A stretch of DNA of 64,000 bases from Gemmatimonadales bacterium (GCA_041390145.1 JAWKQM010000012.1:18167-82166); one strand, 5' to 3'; counted from the first letter of the stretch, positions 10,834-20,005 are shown. Notes: generated from the sequence alone by a model not told the origin. A program made the numbers and translations.

Positions 10834-11840
10834 AGCAGGACGTCGCGGCCGTCGTCGGCCGACTTGTAGATGGCGTCAATCACCCGGTGCAGCGCCAGGT
10901 GCTCCTCGAGGTCGGGCGCCTTGGCCTCCCCCCGGATGGCGGCGAGGAAGTGGGCCCACTCCGCGCGGTACGACGCGGTGAAGACGCTCTCGCGCGACAC
11001 CGAGCCCGTCGGTGCCACGTCGACGGGGGTGCCATGCATCTCCTTCCACACCTTCAGCGGATTGATGCTGGCGGTCCCCTTGCTGCCCCGCAGGCCGACG
11101 CCGAAGCGCTCGCCTTCCCCGAGGTGATGCCAGGTCACGTCCACGAAGACGCAGGCCCCGTTCTCGCAGACGACGAAGGCGCTTCCGGCGTGCTCCGTGG
11201 CGCGCTCCCGTCCCGCCCGGTCGAGGGTGGCGCTGACCCGCACCGGCTTCGGGTTGCCCGCGAGCCAGAGCCCGAGATCCAGGATGGACAGGCCGAGGTC
11301 GAGCATGGCGCCACCGCCCGACAGATCCCGCTTCAGTCGCCAGCCGAGCATGGAACGGCTGGGCCGGAAGACGTGCCAGCTGCCGCGCACGCTTTCGACG
11401 TCGCCCAGCTCTCCAGTCTGCACAAAGCTGCGGATGATCTGCACATCGGCACGGTAGCGATGGTTCATCCCGACCATGACGACGCGGTCCTTCTTGGCGG
11501 CGGCGCGCACCACCCGCTGGGCACTCGCGGTGTTGAGGGCGAGCGGTTTTTCCACCAGGACATGCACGCCGGCCCGGAGCGCCGCCAGCACATGGCCTTC
11601 ATGCAGGTGATTCGGGGTGCAAATGACGACGGCATCGAGTTCCGAATGGCCGAGCAGCTCCTCGATGTCGTCGAAGGAGTTCTCGATCTTGAACCGATCG
11701 GCGAGGGCGCGCGCCTTGGGGTAGTCGGCGTCGCAAATAGCCACGACCTCGGCACCCTTCAGCTTCCGCAGCACAGGCAGGTGCGCCACCTGGGTAATGG
11801 CCCCTGCCCCGATCACGCCGACGCGCAACGTCTCGCTCAT
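10830..11840 (-). CDS. Gfo/Idh/MocA family oxidoreductase
   Basis: LRVGVIGAGAITQVAHLPVL Rossmann N-terminus, EKPLALN motif, 336 aa. Confidence 0.85.
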   Translation of the reverse strand: MSETLRVGVIGAGAITQVAHLPVLRKLKGAEVVAICDADYPKARALADRFKIENSFDDIEELLGHSELDAVVICTPNHLHEGHVLAALRAGVHVLVEKPLALNTASAQRVVRAAAKKDRVVMVGMNHRYRADVQIIRSFVQTGELGDVESVRGSWHVFRPSRSMLGWRLKRDLSGGGAMLDLGLSILDLGLWLAGNPKPVRVSATLDRAGRERATEHAGSAFVVCENGACVFVDVTWHHLGEGERFGVGLRGSKGTASINPLKVWKEMHGTPVDVAPTGSVSRESVFTASYRAEWAHFLAAIRGEAKAPDLEEHLALHRVIDAIYKSADDGRDVLL

Positions 11841-11862
11841 GCCTTCCCCCCGGGGTAGCCGG

Positions 11863-13212
11863 TCAGTTCAAGCGCTCGATTTTGGTGGAAGGATAATACG
11901 CCGCAAGAATCTCTCCGTAATCCTGCCCCTCGCGCGCCCGCCCCACGGCGCCCCACTGGCAGAACCCCACGCCATGGCCCGCCCCGCGGCCGTCGATGGC
12001 CAGCCAGCTGACCCGCGAGCCATCCGCCCGCTCCTGGACATCGAACGCGGTGCTGCGGAGCATGCCGCCATCCGGCAGGAGGAAGGCCCGCCGCACCGCC
12101 TGGCCCGATACCGAGACGTGCCGGCCGTTCAGCTTGAACTCCACCGCTTCCACCCGGCCCGACGGTGTGCGGCGGGATACCTTGACATCCTCGATCCTGG
12201 ACACCGACGAGGCGCTGACGCTGGTGAGCCCCGGCAGGGTGCGTCGCAGCATCGCCTCGAGACTGTCGCCGGAATACTCCTCCCGCCACCGGAATCGGGG
12301 CGAAAAGCGGCAGTACGCCTGCCCGTTGGGATCCAGATCGGACACCGACTTGAGGTAGGGATCGCCGGCAAGCTGGAACACCGCGGCGCCGGATTCCGTC
12401 CGTCCGCCGCAGGTCGAGTAGAAGAAGGCGTCGATCGGCTGGCCCTTCCAGGTCACGATTTCCGCCCGGGTGGCGCGGACCGCATCCCAGCTCTGCGCCG
12501 TCTCCGCGCCGACCCCGCCATAGACCTGGTCCGACACAGTGCCGTACAGGTCGAAGCCGAGGGCGCGGCGCTTCCCCTGGTTCCTCATGGCGTACGTCCG
12601 CGAAATGACCGCCTGCGCATACATCGCCTGCACCTCGGTCGGATCGCGGCGACCCATCTCCGCGGAAAGCACGCCGGCCAGGTACGACTCGAGCCCGAGG
12701 CGGTTGATGACCGTCAATCCGTCCGGACCGGGAATCACGGACACCTCGCCGCGGTAGTCCCGGCCGTCCACGCGCACATACTGTCCGGCGTGGAGCGGCG
12801 TGACGACGATGGCGTCGAGCCGGCCCCCGTTGAGGCCCCCCGGGCCTGAGAGCGTCATCGCGGGCCCGGCGGGCCGTACGCGCCATGACGCGCCCTCGAT
12901 CACGTCCAGGACGCGGACACCGGCTGGATTGGTGATCACGAGCGGCCCGCCGCCTCCGATCTTCACATCGGAGGCGCCAACGATCAGGCCGATTCGCACG
13001 TCAGCGGTGCTGACCACGGTATCCGGCGGCAGCGGCGCGAGGGGCGGCCCCCCGGGTCCGGAATCCACCACGGGCGAGGCGGGAGCACGGGTGGCAGCGG
13101 GAGGGAGTGGTTCCGGCGCGGGCGGCGCGGTGGGTTGGGTCGGATTGCATGATGCGACCGCCACGGACGCGGCTGCGGCCACCAGCAGGAGCGGCGTGTA
13201 CTGCACCTTCAT
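11863..13212 (-). CDS. SpoIID/LytB domain-containing lipoprotein
   Basis: Lipobox AVASC. SpoIID blocks SRTYAMRN, FYSTCGGRTE, GHGVGFCQWGA. Confidence 0.85.
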   Translation of the reverse strand: MKVQYTPLLLVAAAASVAVASCNPTQPTAPPAPEPLPPAATRAPASPVVDSGPGGPPLAPLPPDTVVSTADVRIGLIVGASDVKIGGGGPLVITNPAGVRVLDVIEGASWRVRPAGPAMTLSGPGGLNGGRLDAIVVTPLHAGQYVRVDGRDYRGEVSVIPGPDGLTVINRLGLESYLAGVLSAEMGRRDPTEVQAMYAQAVISRTYAMRNQGKRRALGFDLYGTVSDQVYGGVGAETAQSWDAVRATRAEIVTWKGQPIDAFFYSTCGGRTESGAAVFQLAGDPYLKSVSDLDPNGQAYCRFSPRFRWREEYSGDSLEAMLRRTLPGLTSVSASSVSRIEDVKVSRRTPSGRVEAVEFKLNGRHVSVSGQAVRRAFLLPDGGMLRSTAFDVQERADGSRVSWLAIDGRGAGHGVGFCQWGAVGRAREGQDYGEILAAYYPSTKIERLN

Positions 13213-13715
13213 CCGCGGTAGTTCCCGAAGGTCAGCTCGATATCGAAGTCCTCGCTCCGCAGGAATGCCATGACCGCCTGGAGTTCATCGCGGGAGGGGC
13301 TGCTGACACGGATCTCCTCCCCCTGGATGCTGGCGGAGACCTTCTTGAAGCTCTTGTTGTCCTTGATCGCCTTGGTGATCCGCTTCGCGATGTCGCTTGC
13401 GATCCCTTGCGTGAGCGTCACGGTGCACCGGACGGAACTGCCCGTGGCAGCCTCGAAGTCGCCGGTCTTCATGTTCTTGACCGGAACGCCGCGCTTGATG
13501 AGGCGGGTCTGGAGCACGTCGAGCAGGCTCTTCATCCGGAAGTCGTCGTCCGCCGCCAACCGGATTTCCGCCTTTGCACGGTCAAACTCGATGGTGCAGT
13601 GCGTGCCTTTGAAATCGTAGCGCTGCTGGATTTCCTTCAGCGCCTGGTTGACCGCGTTGTCGACCTCCTGGAGGTCGGCGCCAGTGGAGATGTCAAAGGA
13701 AGATGCGGATGCCAT
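13209..13715 (-). CDS. yajQ: YajQ family nucleotide / cyclic-di-GMP-binding protein
   Basis: SFDISTGADLQEVDNAVNQALKEIQQRYDFKG is the UPF0234/YajQ N-terminal signature. Start set at ATG 13715 by analogy with family length; a GTG at 13760 is possible. Confidence 0.8.
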   Translation of the reverse strand: MASASSFDISTGADLQEVDNAVNQALKEIQQRYDFKGTHCTIEFDRAKAEIRLAADDDFRMKSLLDVLQTRLIKRGVPVKNMKTGDFEAATGSSVRCTVTLTQGIASDIAKRITKAIKDNKSFKKVSASIQGEEIRVSSPSRDELQAVMAFLRSEDFDIELTFGNYRG

Positions 13716-13778
13716 AGGCCGGAAGGGGGTTAGGGGCTGGGAAGTGAGGACGAGGGACACAAGCTCCGGGAAGCGGCC

Positions 13779-14648
13779 TTACGTCAGGAAGCTCTCCAGC
13801 GAGCGGGCGCGGCTCACGTGCCGCAGGCGGCTCAGCGCCTTTTCCTTGATCTGGCGCACCCGTTCGCGGGTGATCCCGAGCATGGTCCCGATCTCCTCGA
13901 GGGTCATCGGCTCGGGACCGTCCAGGCCGAAATAGAGGCGGAGGATCTTTGCCTCGCGCTCCTTGAGCGTCGCGAGCACCTCCTCGATTCCTTCGGTCAG
14001 CGCGTGCTCGAAAGTTTCGCTGTCCGACCCGGCGTTCTGGGTGTCGGGGAGGTAGTCCAGCAGGCGGTTGTCTTCGCCCGGTGTCATCGGGGCATCGAGC
14101 GAGAGGTGGGCCTGACTGATGGAGAGGGTCTTCTGGACCTCCTCCATCGAGATGTCCATCCCCTCCGCGATTTCGGCCGGGGTCGGTTCGCGCCCCAGTT
14201 CCTGCAGCAGCATCGCCGTCTTCTTGCCGATGCGGTGCAGGGTGCCGGCACGGTTGAGCGGCACCCGCACGATCCGGCTTTGCTCCGCCAGCGCCTGCAG
14301 GATGGCCTGGCGGATCCACCAGACGGCGTAGGAGATGAACTTGATCCCCTTCGTTTCGTCAAACTTGTGGGCCGCGCGAATCAGGCCGAGGTTGCCCTCG
14401 TTGATCAGGTCCGCAAGGCTGACGCCCTGGTTCTGGTACTTCTTGGCCACTGACACGACAAACCGGAGATTGCTGCGCACCAGCTTGTCGAGGGACTCGG
14501 CGTCTCCGCGGCGGATCCCCTGTGCAAGCGTCACCTCCTCCGTCTGCGGGATCAGCGGATACCGGCTGATCTCGCGAAGGTATTGGTCGAGCGATCCCTC
14601 GTCGGACGTGGGACCGCGTCGAGTGGATCCGACTTGCAGTGGGCGCAT
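13779..14648 (-). CDS. rpoD: RNA polymerase sigma-70 family factor, short RpoD-like form lacking region 1.1
   Basis: Regions 1.2-4.2 are present (LDQYLREI, NLRFVVSVAKKYQNQGVSLADLINEGNLGLIRAAHKFD, FISYAVWWIRQAI, TLEEIGTMLGITRERVRQIKEKAL). It is only 289 aa. Confidence 0.85.
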   Translation of the reverse strand: MRPLQVGSTRRGPTSDEGSLDQYLREISRYPLIPQTEEVTLAQGIRRGDAESLDKLVRSNLRFVVSVAKKYQNQGVSLADLINEGNLGLIRAAHKFDETKGIKFISYAVWWIRQAILQALAEQSRIVRVPLNRAGTLHRIGKKTAMLLQELGREPTPAEIAEGMDISMEEVQKTLSISQAHLSLDAPMTPGEDNRLLDYLPDTQNAGSDSETFEHALTEGIEEVLATLKEREAKILRLYFGLDGPEPMTLEEIGTMLGITRERVRQIKEKALSRLRHVSRARSLESFLT

Positions 14649-14665
14649 GCGCGGAAACCTCTGGT

Positions 14666-14702
14666 GGGCGGGCCGCTACGCTCGAACCTTAGCGGCCGCC
14701 CC
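14666..14702 (-). terminator. hairpin between aldehyde dehydrogenase and sigma factor genes
   Basis: GGCCGCTA / TAGCGGCC 8-bp stem with partial G:C extension. Weak T run downstream on the minus strand. Confidence 0.3.
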
Positions 14703-14721
14703 GTGACGGCGCAACCGGGCG

Positions 14722-16212
14722 TCAATCATCATAGTTGTCGATCTGCGCCCGCTGCAGCGTCCCGCTGTAGTCGACGTAGCCGACCTTGGTCTCAGAATAG
14801 AACTCGTAGACTTCCCACCCGCCTTCCCGGTGCCCGTTGCCGGTCGCCTTCACACCGCCAAAGGGCAGGTGCGCCTCGGCGCCGATCGTCGGCGCGTTGA
14901 CGTAGGAGATCCCGTTGTCGAGCTCCTGCAGCGCGCGGAACCCCTGGTTCACGTCCTGTGTGTAGATCGAACTGGAGAGTCCGTACTTGACGCCATTGTT
15001 GACCCGGATCGCCTCCTCGAAGCTGCGCACCTGGATGACGCTCAGCACGGGGCCGAAGATCTCCTCCTGCGCCAGCCGCATCGACGGCTTCACGCCGGCA
15101 AAGATGGTCGGCCGGTAGAAGAATCCATGGCCCAGCCGTTCCCCGCCTGGCTTCTTGCCGCCCGTCACCAGCTCGGCCCCCTCCTCCTGCCCGATCGCCA
15201 CGTACGATTCCACCTTCTGCCGGGACCGCTCGTGAATCAGGGGACCGACGTCGTAGCCCTTCCGCCCGTCGCCCAGGCGCAGCCCTTCGGCGGCGTCCAC
15301 CAGTTTGCGGAGGAACTTGTCGTGGATCTTCTTGTGCAGGATGAGCCGGCTGGTCGCGGTGCATCGCTGGCCGGTCGTGCCGAAGGCCCCCCACAGGACG
15401 CCGTCGAGCGCCAGGTCGAGGTCGGCGTCGTCCATCACGATCTGGGCGTTCTTGCCGCCCATTTCGAGTGACAGGCGCTTGTGCATGCGTCCGCAGGTCT
15501 CGCCGATGAACGACCCCGTGGCGGTGGAGCCGGTAAACGAGATGACCGGGACGTCGGGATGCTCCACGAGCGCCTTGCCGGCGGTGGCGCCCCGCCCGTG
15601 CACCAGTTGAATCACCTCGGGAGGCAGCCCGGCCTCGAGCAGGAGTTCCACCAGCCGGTGGGAGGTGAGGGGCACATCTTCGCTGGGCTTGAGAATGACC
15701 GAGTTCCCGCAGACCAGCGCCGGGAACATCTTCCAGGTCGGGATGGCCAGCGGGAAGTTGAACGGCGTGATCAGACCCGCCACCCCCATCGGGCGACGGA
15801 AGCTCATGGCCCACTTGTCGCGGAGTTCCGACGGGACGGTGTGGCCGAAGAGCCGGCGCCCCTCGGTCGCGGCGTAGTAGGCGGTATCGATGCCCTCCTG
15901 CACGTCGCCACGCGTCTCGGCAAGCACCTTGCCCATCTCCCGCGTCATCCCGTCGGCGATCTCTTCCTTGTGCTTCGTCAGGAGGTCGCCCAGCCGACGG
16001 AGGACGTCGCCCCGCGCCGGCGCGGGCGTGCGGCGCCAGATCTCGAAGCCCCGCTGCGCGGAGCGCACGGCGGCCTTCACGTCCGCCGCGCCGGAATCGG
16101 GGAATCGCCCGATGAAGTCGCGCGTGTCGGCGGGATTGCGGTTCTCGAACCAGGCTCCGGTCGTCGGGGTGACCCACTGGCCGTCGATGAAGTTCTTATA
16201 GGTCTTTGGCAT
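14722..16212 (-). CDS. NAD(P)-dependent aldehyde dehydrogenase family protein
   Basis: FTGSTATG, LEMGGKNA and catalytic GQRCTATSR motifs. Start set at ATG 16212 (MPKTYKNFIDGQWV). Confidence 0.9.
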   Translation of the reverse strand: MPKTYKNFIDGQWVTPTTGAWFENRNPADTRDFIGRFPDSGAADVKAAVRSAQRGFEIWRRTPAPARGDVLRRLGDLLTKHKEEIADGMTREMGKVLAETRGDVQEGIDTAYYAATEGRRLFGHTVPSELRDKWAMSFRRPMGVAGLITPFNFPLAIPTWKMFPALVCGNSVILKPSEDVPLTSHRLVELLLEAGLPPEVIQLVHGRGATAGKALVEHPDVPVISFTGSTATGSFIGETCGRMHKRLSLEMGGKNAQIVMDDADLDLALDGVLWGAFGTTGQRCTATSRLILHKKIHDKFLRKLVDAAEGLRLGDGRKGYDVGPLIHERSRQKVESYVAIGQEEGAELVTGGKKPGGERLGHGFFYRPTIFAGVKPSMRLAQEEIFGPVLSVIQVRSFEEAIRVNNGVKYGLSSSIYTQDVNQGFRALQELDNGISYVNAPTIGAEAHLPFGGVKATGNGHREGGWEVYEFYSETKVGYVDYSGTLQRAQIDNYDD

Positions 16213-16249
16213 CAGGCTTTCGGAGGTTCGGAGTGAAAGGAAAGTGCAG

Positions 16250-16699
16250 CTACTCGCACATCCAGGGGAGGACGGTCGCGGCGTAGCCGAGTCGAGGGAG
16301 GAGCACCGTCGCGACCAGCGCCAGCCCCCCGAGGAAGACACCCAGCCCCGCGAGGTGCGCCCAGCCCTGGCGGCGCTTCCAACTGATGATCATGGTCCAG
16401 ATGCCCGCCACCACCACCATCGTCGCGGCGCCAAGGTAGAGCATCATCCCGAGTCCACAGCGGTGGGCGTACGGCCACTGGAGCACCGCCGCGGCCACCA
16501 GCACCCCAAGGCCGGCGCGCACCCAGGTGGTGAGGGCGGCCCGTTTGCTCACCGCGCCGCCGAACGCCGGGGCCGCCACCGCCGCGCCTCCGCCCCGCTG
16601 CACCGGCGCCGCGGGCGCGGCCGGGGCTCCGGCGCTCTTGGCCATCACCTTGTCGATGGCAGCCAGTTCCTTGTCCCAATCCCGGGGTTGGTCGCTCAC
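16250..16699 (-). CDS. small integral membrane protein, unknown function
   Basis: GTG start overlaps the stop of the sigma-54 activator (GTGA). Ala/Pro-rich linker followed by about 3 hydrophobic helices. High third-position G+C in this frame. Confidence 0.55.
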   Translation of the reverse strand: MSDQPRDWDKELAAIDKVMAKSAGAPAAPAAPVQRGGGAAVAAPAFGGAVSKRAALTTWVRAGLGVLVAAAVLQWPYAHRCGLGMMLYLGAATMVVVAGIWTMIISWKRRQGWAHLAGLGVFLGGLALVATVLLPRLGYAATVLPWMCE

Positions 16700-18081
16700 G
16701 AGGACTCCCGCGTCAGGCCATAGCGCTCGATCTTCTTGTAGAGATTCGACCGGGGCATGTCGAGCGCCCGGGCGGTCTCGGAGACGTTCCAGTCATGCTG
16801 GCGGAGCTTGGACTCGAGGAACACACGCTCCGCCTCGAGCTTGAACGCCTCGAATGTCGGCGCGGAGAACGGATCGGCGGCGTTGGTCGCGGTCGCGGGC
16901 GCCCCCGCCTCTCCGCTGCCGGTCAGGATCCGGTCCACATCGCCGGCCGTCACGGACTTCCCCGCCGCAAGGATCATCAGCCGTTCCACGGCGTTCCGCA
17001 ACTCGCGCACGTTTCCCGGCCAGGCCCGGCGCTGCAGGCGCTCGACGGCCGACGGATCGAACTGCCGGGCGGGCACACCGGCCGCCGCGGCGACGCTGGA
17101 GGCGAAGTGACGTACCAGATCCGGGATGTCGGCCGCGCGCTCCCGCAACGGGGGCACCACGATAGGCACCACGTTGAGTCGATAGAGCAGGTCCTCACGG
17201 AAGCGCCCCGCCGCGATCTCCGCCTCAAGATCCTTGTTGGTCGCCGCGAGGACTCGGACATCGACCCGCATTACCTTGGCCCCGCCCACGCGCGTGACTT
17301 CCCCCTCCTGCAGCGCGCGGAGCATCTTGGCCTGGGCCGGGAGCGACAGGTCCCCGATTTCGTCAAGGAACAGCGTTCCCCCGTCGGCCAGTTCGAACTT
17401 TCCAGGCCGGTCGGCAAAGGCCCCGGTAAACGACCCCTTCATGTGGCCGAAGAGCTCGCTCTCGATCAACTCGCTGGGGATTGCCGCGCAGTTGACCTCG
17501 ATGAACGGCCCCTCCCGCCTCGGACTCGCGGCATGGATGGCGCGGGCCACCAACTCCTTGCCGCTCCCGTTCTCGCCGGTAATCAGGACCCGGGCGGGCG
17601 TCGGTCCCACCTTGTCAATCAACGCCCGCACCCCGCGCAACGCAGGGCTCGACCCGATCATCGCATGCGCCTCGTCCACCGCGCGCTTGAATCGCTGGTT
17701 CTCGTGGGTCAAGACCACCTGGTTCAGCGCGTTCCGCACCGTGACCAGCAGCCGGTCGCTGTCGAGCGGCTTCTCCAGAAAATCAAAGGCGCCCCGCTGG
17801 GTCGCCTCCACCGCCGTGGCGATGGTTCCGTGGCCGGAAATCATGACGACCGTGGAGGCCGGATCGAGCTCGCGCAGTCGCGACAGGGTATCGAGCCCGT
17901 CGAGGCCGGCCATTTTGACGTCGAGGAACACGAGATGGGGACGGAATTCGGGATAGAGCGTGAGCCCCTCCCCCCCGGAGCCGGCCACGCGGACGTCATG
18001 TCCCTCGTAGGCCAGCACCTGCTTCAGGGCGTCGCGGACGCCAGCTTCGTCGTCAATGACGAGAATTCGATGGGCGGTCAT
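16696..18081 (-). CDS. sigma-54-dependent response regulator (REC-AAA+-Fis HTH, NtrC family)
   Basis: REC domain (ILVIDDE...FLDVKMAGLDG), Walker A GENGSGKE, GSFTGA (GAFTGA-type loop), ELRNAVER, C-terminal HTH ETARALDMPRSNLYKKI. ATG 18081 overlaps the upstream stop (ATGA). Confidence 0.9.
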   Translation of the reverse strand: MTAHRILVIDDEAGVRDALKQVLAYEGHDVRVAGSGGEGLTLYPEFRPHLVFLDVKMAGLDGLDTLSRLRELDPASTVVMISGHGTIATAVEATQRGAFDFLEKPLDSDRLLVTVRNALNQVVLTHENQRFKRAVDEAHAMIGSSPALRGVRALIDKVGPTPARVLITGENGSGKELVARAIHAASPRREGPFIEVNCAAIPSELIESELFGHMKGSFTGAFADRPGKFELADGGTLFLDEIGDLSLPAQAKMLRALQEGEVTRVGGAKVMRVDVRVLAATNKDLEAEIAAGRFREDLLYRLNVVPIVVPPLRERAADIPDLVRHFASSVAAAAGVPARQFDPSAVERLQRRAWPGNVRELRNAVERLMILAAGKSVTAGDVDRILTGSGEAGAPATATNAADPFSAPTFEAFKLEAERVFLESKLRQHDWNVSETARALDMPRSNLYKKIERYGLTRESS

Positions 18082-18728
18082 GGCTGTGGACTCGAAGGAT
18101 ACAACGTCACACCGTCCGGGTGCACCCGGACGCGCCCGATCCCGATCGGAATGGCGATCGACAGGACGCTGTCGCGCTTGTCGCCGGCCAGCAGGCCGAC
18201 GATCTTCGGCACCATCTCGCGCGGAAAGTCGAAGTCGCGCACCTGGAAGGCATCCAGTCGCCACTCCGCCAGGCCCGGCTGGCGGACCCGCACCGGCCCG
18301 GCTCCCCGGATCGGCTCGCGATCGTTGAGGGCGCCAGCCAGCGGTCCCAGCACCTCCCGCGGGAGTCCGGCCGTCCGGATCTTCCCCGCCACCGCGATGC
18401 GCCCCTCGCCGAGCGTCACCTCCAGCGAGTCGAGTTCGGCACGAACCCGCTGGTCGAGGCCCGCGCCCACAAGCGAGGCCATCTCCGCGGCGGTGAGCGT
18501 CACCGAATCGGCGCGCCAGCCGTTCAGGCTGTCGATCTTGTCCGTGGCGCGTTGCAGCGCCAGTTCACCAGGGCGGCCCGCCGTCCCGCCGGCGTTCGCC
18601 GCCGGTCGGTCGGTCAGGCGATGCCAGTACGGGGCAATGCGGGCCCGCTCCGTCCACCCGAGGTACACCAACGCCGCGACAATGAGGAGCCCGAGCAGGC
18701 GAAACGGCAGCGAGAGGCACCCGAGCAT
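18078..18728 (-). CDS. N-terminally membrane-anchored protein, unknown function
   Basis: ATG 18728 directly abuts the LarE stop (TGAATG). One N-terminal TM (LLGLLIVAALVYLGW), then a roughly 180-aa soluble domain. No motif recognised. Confidence 0.55.
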   Translation of the reverse strand: MLGCLSLPFRLLGLLIVAALVYLGWTERARIAPYWHRLTDRPAANAGGTAGRPGELALQRATDKIDSLNGWRADSVTLTAAEMASLVGAGLDQRVRAELDSLEVTLGEGRIAVAGKIRTAGLPREVLGPLAGALNDREPIRGAGPVRVRQPGLAEWRLDAFQVRDFDFPREMVPKIVGLLAGDKRDSVLSIAIPIGIGRVRVHPDGVTLYPSSPQP

Positions 18729-19541
18729 TCAGCGGCCGCCCGGTGTGGACGCGATCGGCAGAAGGCTCCCCCGGCGGTACCCACGCGCGTCGAGTTCCGC
18801 GTCGGCGAAGCCCAGCGCCTTCAGCCGGCCGGTGACTTCTTCCCACCGGGCCTCGACCAGCGCCCGCTCATTGGGCAACACTTCCACCCGGGCCACCTCG
18901 CCCAGGTGCCGGACACGGAGGTCGCCGACGACGCCACATTCGCGGATCACCGCTTCGGCCTGCTCCACCTGCCGCAACCGTTCCGCAGTCACCGGGAGGC
19001 CAAACTGAATGCGGCTCGAGAGGCAGGGCGCCGCCGGCGCGTCCCAGGTCGGCAGGCCGAGGAGACGAGCCGCCTCCCGCACATCGGCCTTGGTCCATCC
19101 GAGGTCCACGAACGGCGAGTGCACCCGGCGCGCCGCGCCGGCCGCTGCGCCTGGGCGGTGCTCGGTCAGGTCGTCAACGTTGGTGCCGTCGAGGAGGAAC
19201 TCGAACCCGCGGTCCGCGGCCACCGCCCCGAGAACGCGCCAGAGTTCCGACTTGCAGAAGAAGCAGCGATTGAGCGGATTCGCGACGTACTCCGGATCCG
19301 CTAGTTCGTCGGTGTCCACCTCGAGGAGCGGTACGGTGAACCGGGCGGCGAGCTCCACCGCCGTACGCCACTGGATCTCGGGGTAGGAGGCGCTCCGACC
19401 GATGACCGCCAGGAAACGCGAGGGGCCGAGTGCGCGGGCACCGACGACCGCAAGCACGGCGGAATCCACCCCGCCAGAATACCCCAGCACCGCCCCGGAG
19501 AGGGCGCCAAGATGGGACTCAAGTCGCTCGATGCTGGCCAT
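18729..19541 (-). CDS. larE: LarE-type ATP-dependent sulfur transferase (PP-loop ATP pyrophosphatase family)
   Basis: PP-loop GYSGGVDSAVL and the conserved Cys block PCLSSRI, corresponding to the LarE sacrificial cysteine region. Start is ATG 19541 (preferred: TACTTT-N6-ATG) or ATG 19559. Confidence 0.75.
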   Translation of the reverse strand: MASIERLESHLGALSGAVLGYSGGVDSAVLAVVGARALGPSRFLAVIGRSASYPEIQWRTAVELAARFTVPLLEVDTDELADPEYVANPLNRCFFCKSELWRVLGAVAADRGFEFLLDGTNVDDLTEHRPGAAAGAARRVHSPFVDLGWTKADVREAARLLGLPTWDAPAAPCLSSRIQFGLPVTAERLRQVEQAEAVIRECGVVGDLRVRHLGEVARVEVLPNERALVEARWEEVTGRLKALGFADAELDARGYRRGSLLPIASTPGGR

Positions 19542-19547
19542 CGGGGA

Positions 19548-19564
19548 AAAGTAGCGCATATCTT
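19548..19564. promoter_or_regulatory. back-to-back -10-like hexamers for larE and arfB
   Basis: Minus strand: TACTTT-N6-ATG (19541). Plus strand: TATCTT-N6-ATG (19571). There is no SD on either side. Confidence 0.35.
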
Positions 19565-19570
19565 TCGGAC

Positions 19571-19978
19571 ATGCCTGCCCCCATTCCCCTGCACGAACTC
19601 ACCTTCCGCGCCACGAAAGCGGGCGGGCCGGGCGGGCAGCATGTGAACACATCCTCGACCCGTGTGGAACTCTGGTGGAATCCGCGCCTCTCCCCCGCGC
19701 TGACCGATCATGAGCGGAGCCTCGTCGTGGCGGCGCTGGGCCATCGCCTCGACGGCGATGGGTGGCTCCGGCTGGTATCCGCGGCCACCAGGAGCCAGCT
19801 CAAGAACCGCGACGCGGTGACCGCGCGCCTCCAGCGGCTCGTTGCCGAGGCGCTGGTCCCCCCGAAGCCCCGGCGCAAGACACGGCCGCCGCGTTCTGCC
19901 GCGGAGAACCGCCTCAAGGCAAAGAAACGGCGCTCCGCCACGAAGGCGAAGCGCCGCGCGCCCCCAAGGGACGACTGA
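19571..19978 (+). CDS. arfB: alternative ribosome rescue factor ArfB (class I release-factor-like peptidyl-tRNA hydrolase)
   Basis: GGQ block GGPGGQHVNTSSTRVEL and a basic C-terminal tail (KPRRKTRPPRSAAENRLKAKKRR), 135 aa. Confidence 0.85.
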   Translation: MPAPIPLHELTFRATKAGGPGGQHVNTSSTRVELWWNPRLSPALTDHERSLVVAALGHRLDGDGWLRLVSAATRSQLKNRDAVTARLQRLVAEALVPPKPRRKTRPPRSAAENRLKAKKRRSATKAKRRAPPRDD

Positions 19979-20005
19979 CACCCGGCGAGCGACCCCGCCG
20001 GCGTG

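Noticed and set aside
16795-19008. 737-aa plus-strand ORF. Similar very long ORFs occur elsewhere, for example 59011-61428 (-), 51824-53920 (-), 55678-57027 (-), 27520-29340 (+), 26032-27288 (+), 47910-48905 (-) and 53706-54968 (-).
   Set aside because: Each lies antisense to genes with unmistakable family motifs (NtrC-type regulator, S9 peptidase, FtsX permeases, cysteine desulfurase, RND pump). Their translations are Arg/Gly/Pro/His-rich low-complexity strings with no recognisable domains. Stop-codon-poor antisense frames are expected in G+C-rich DNA.
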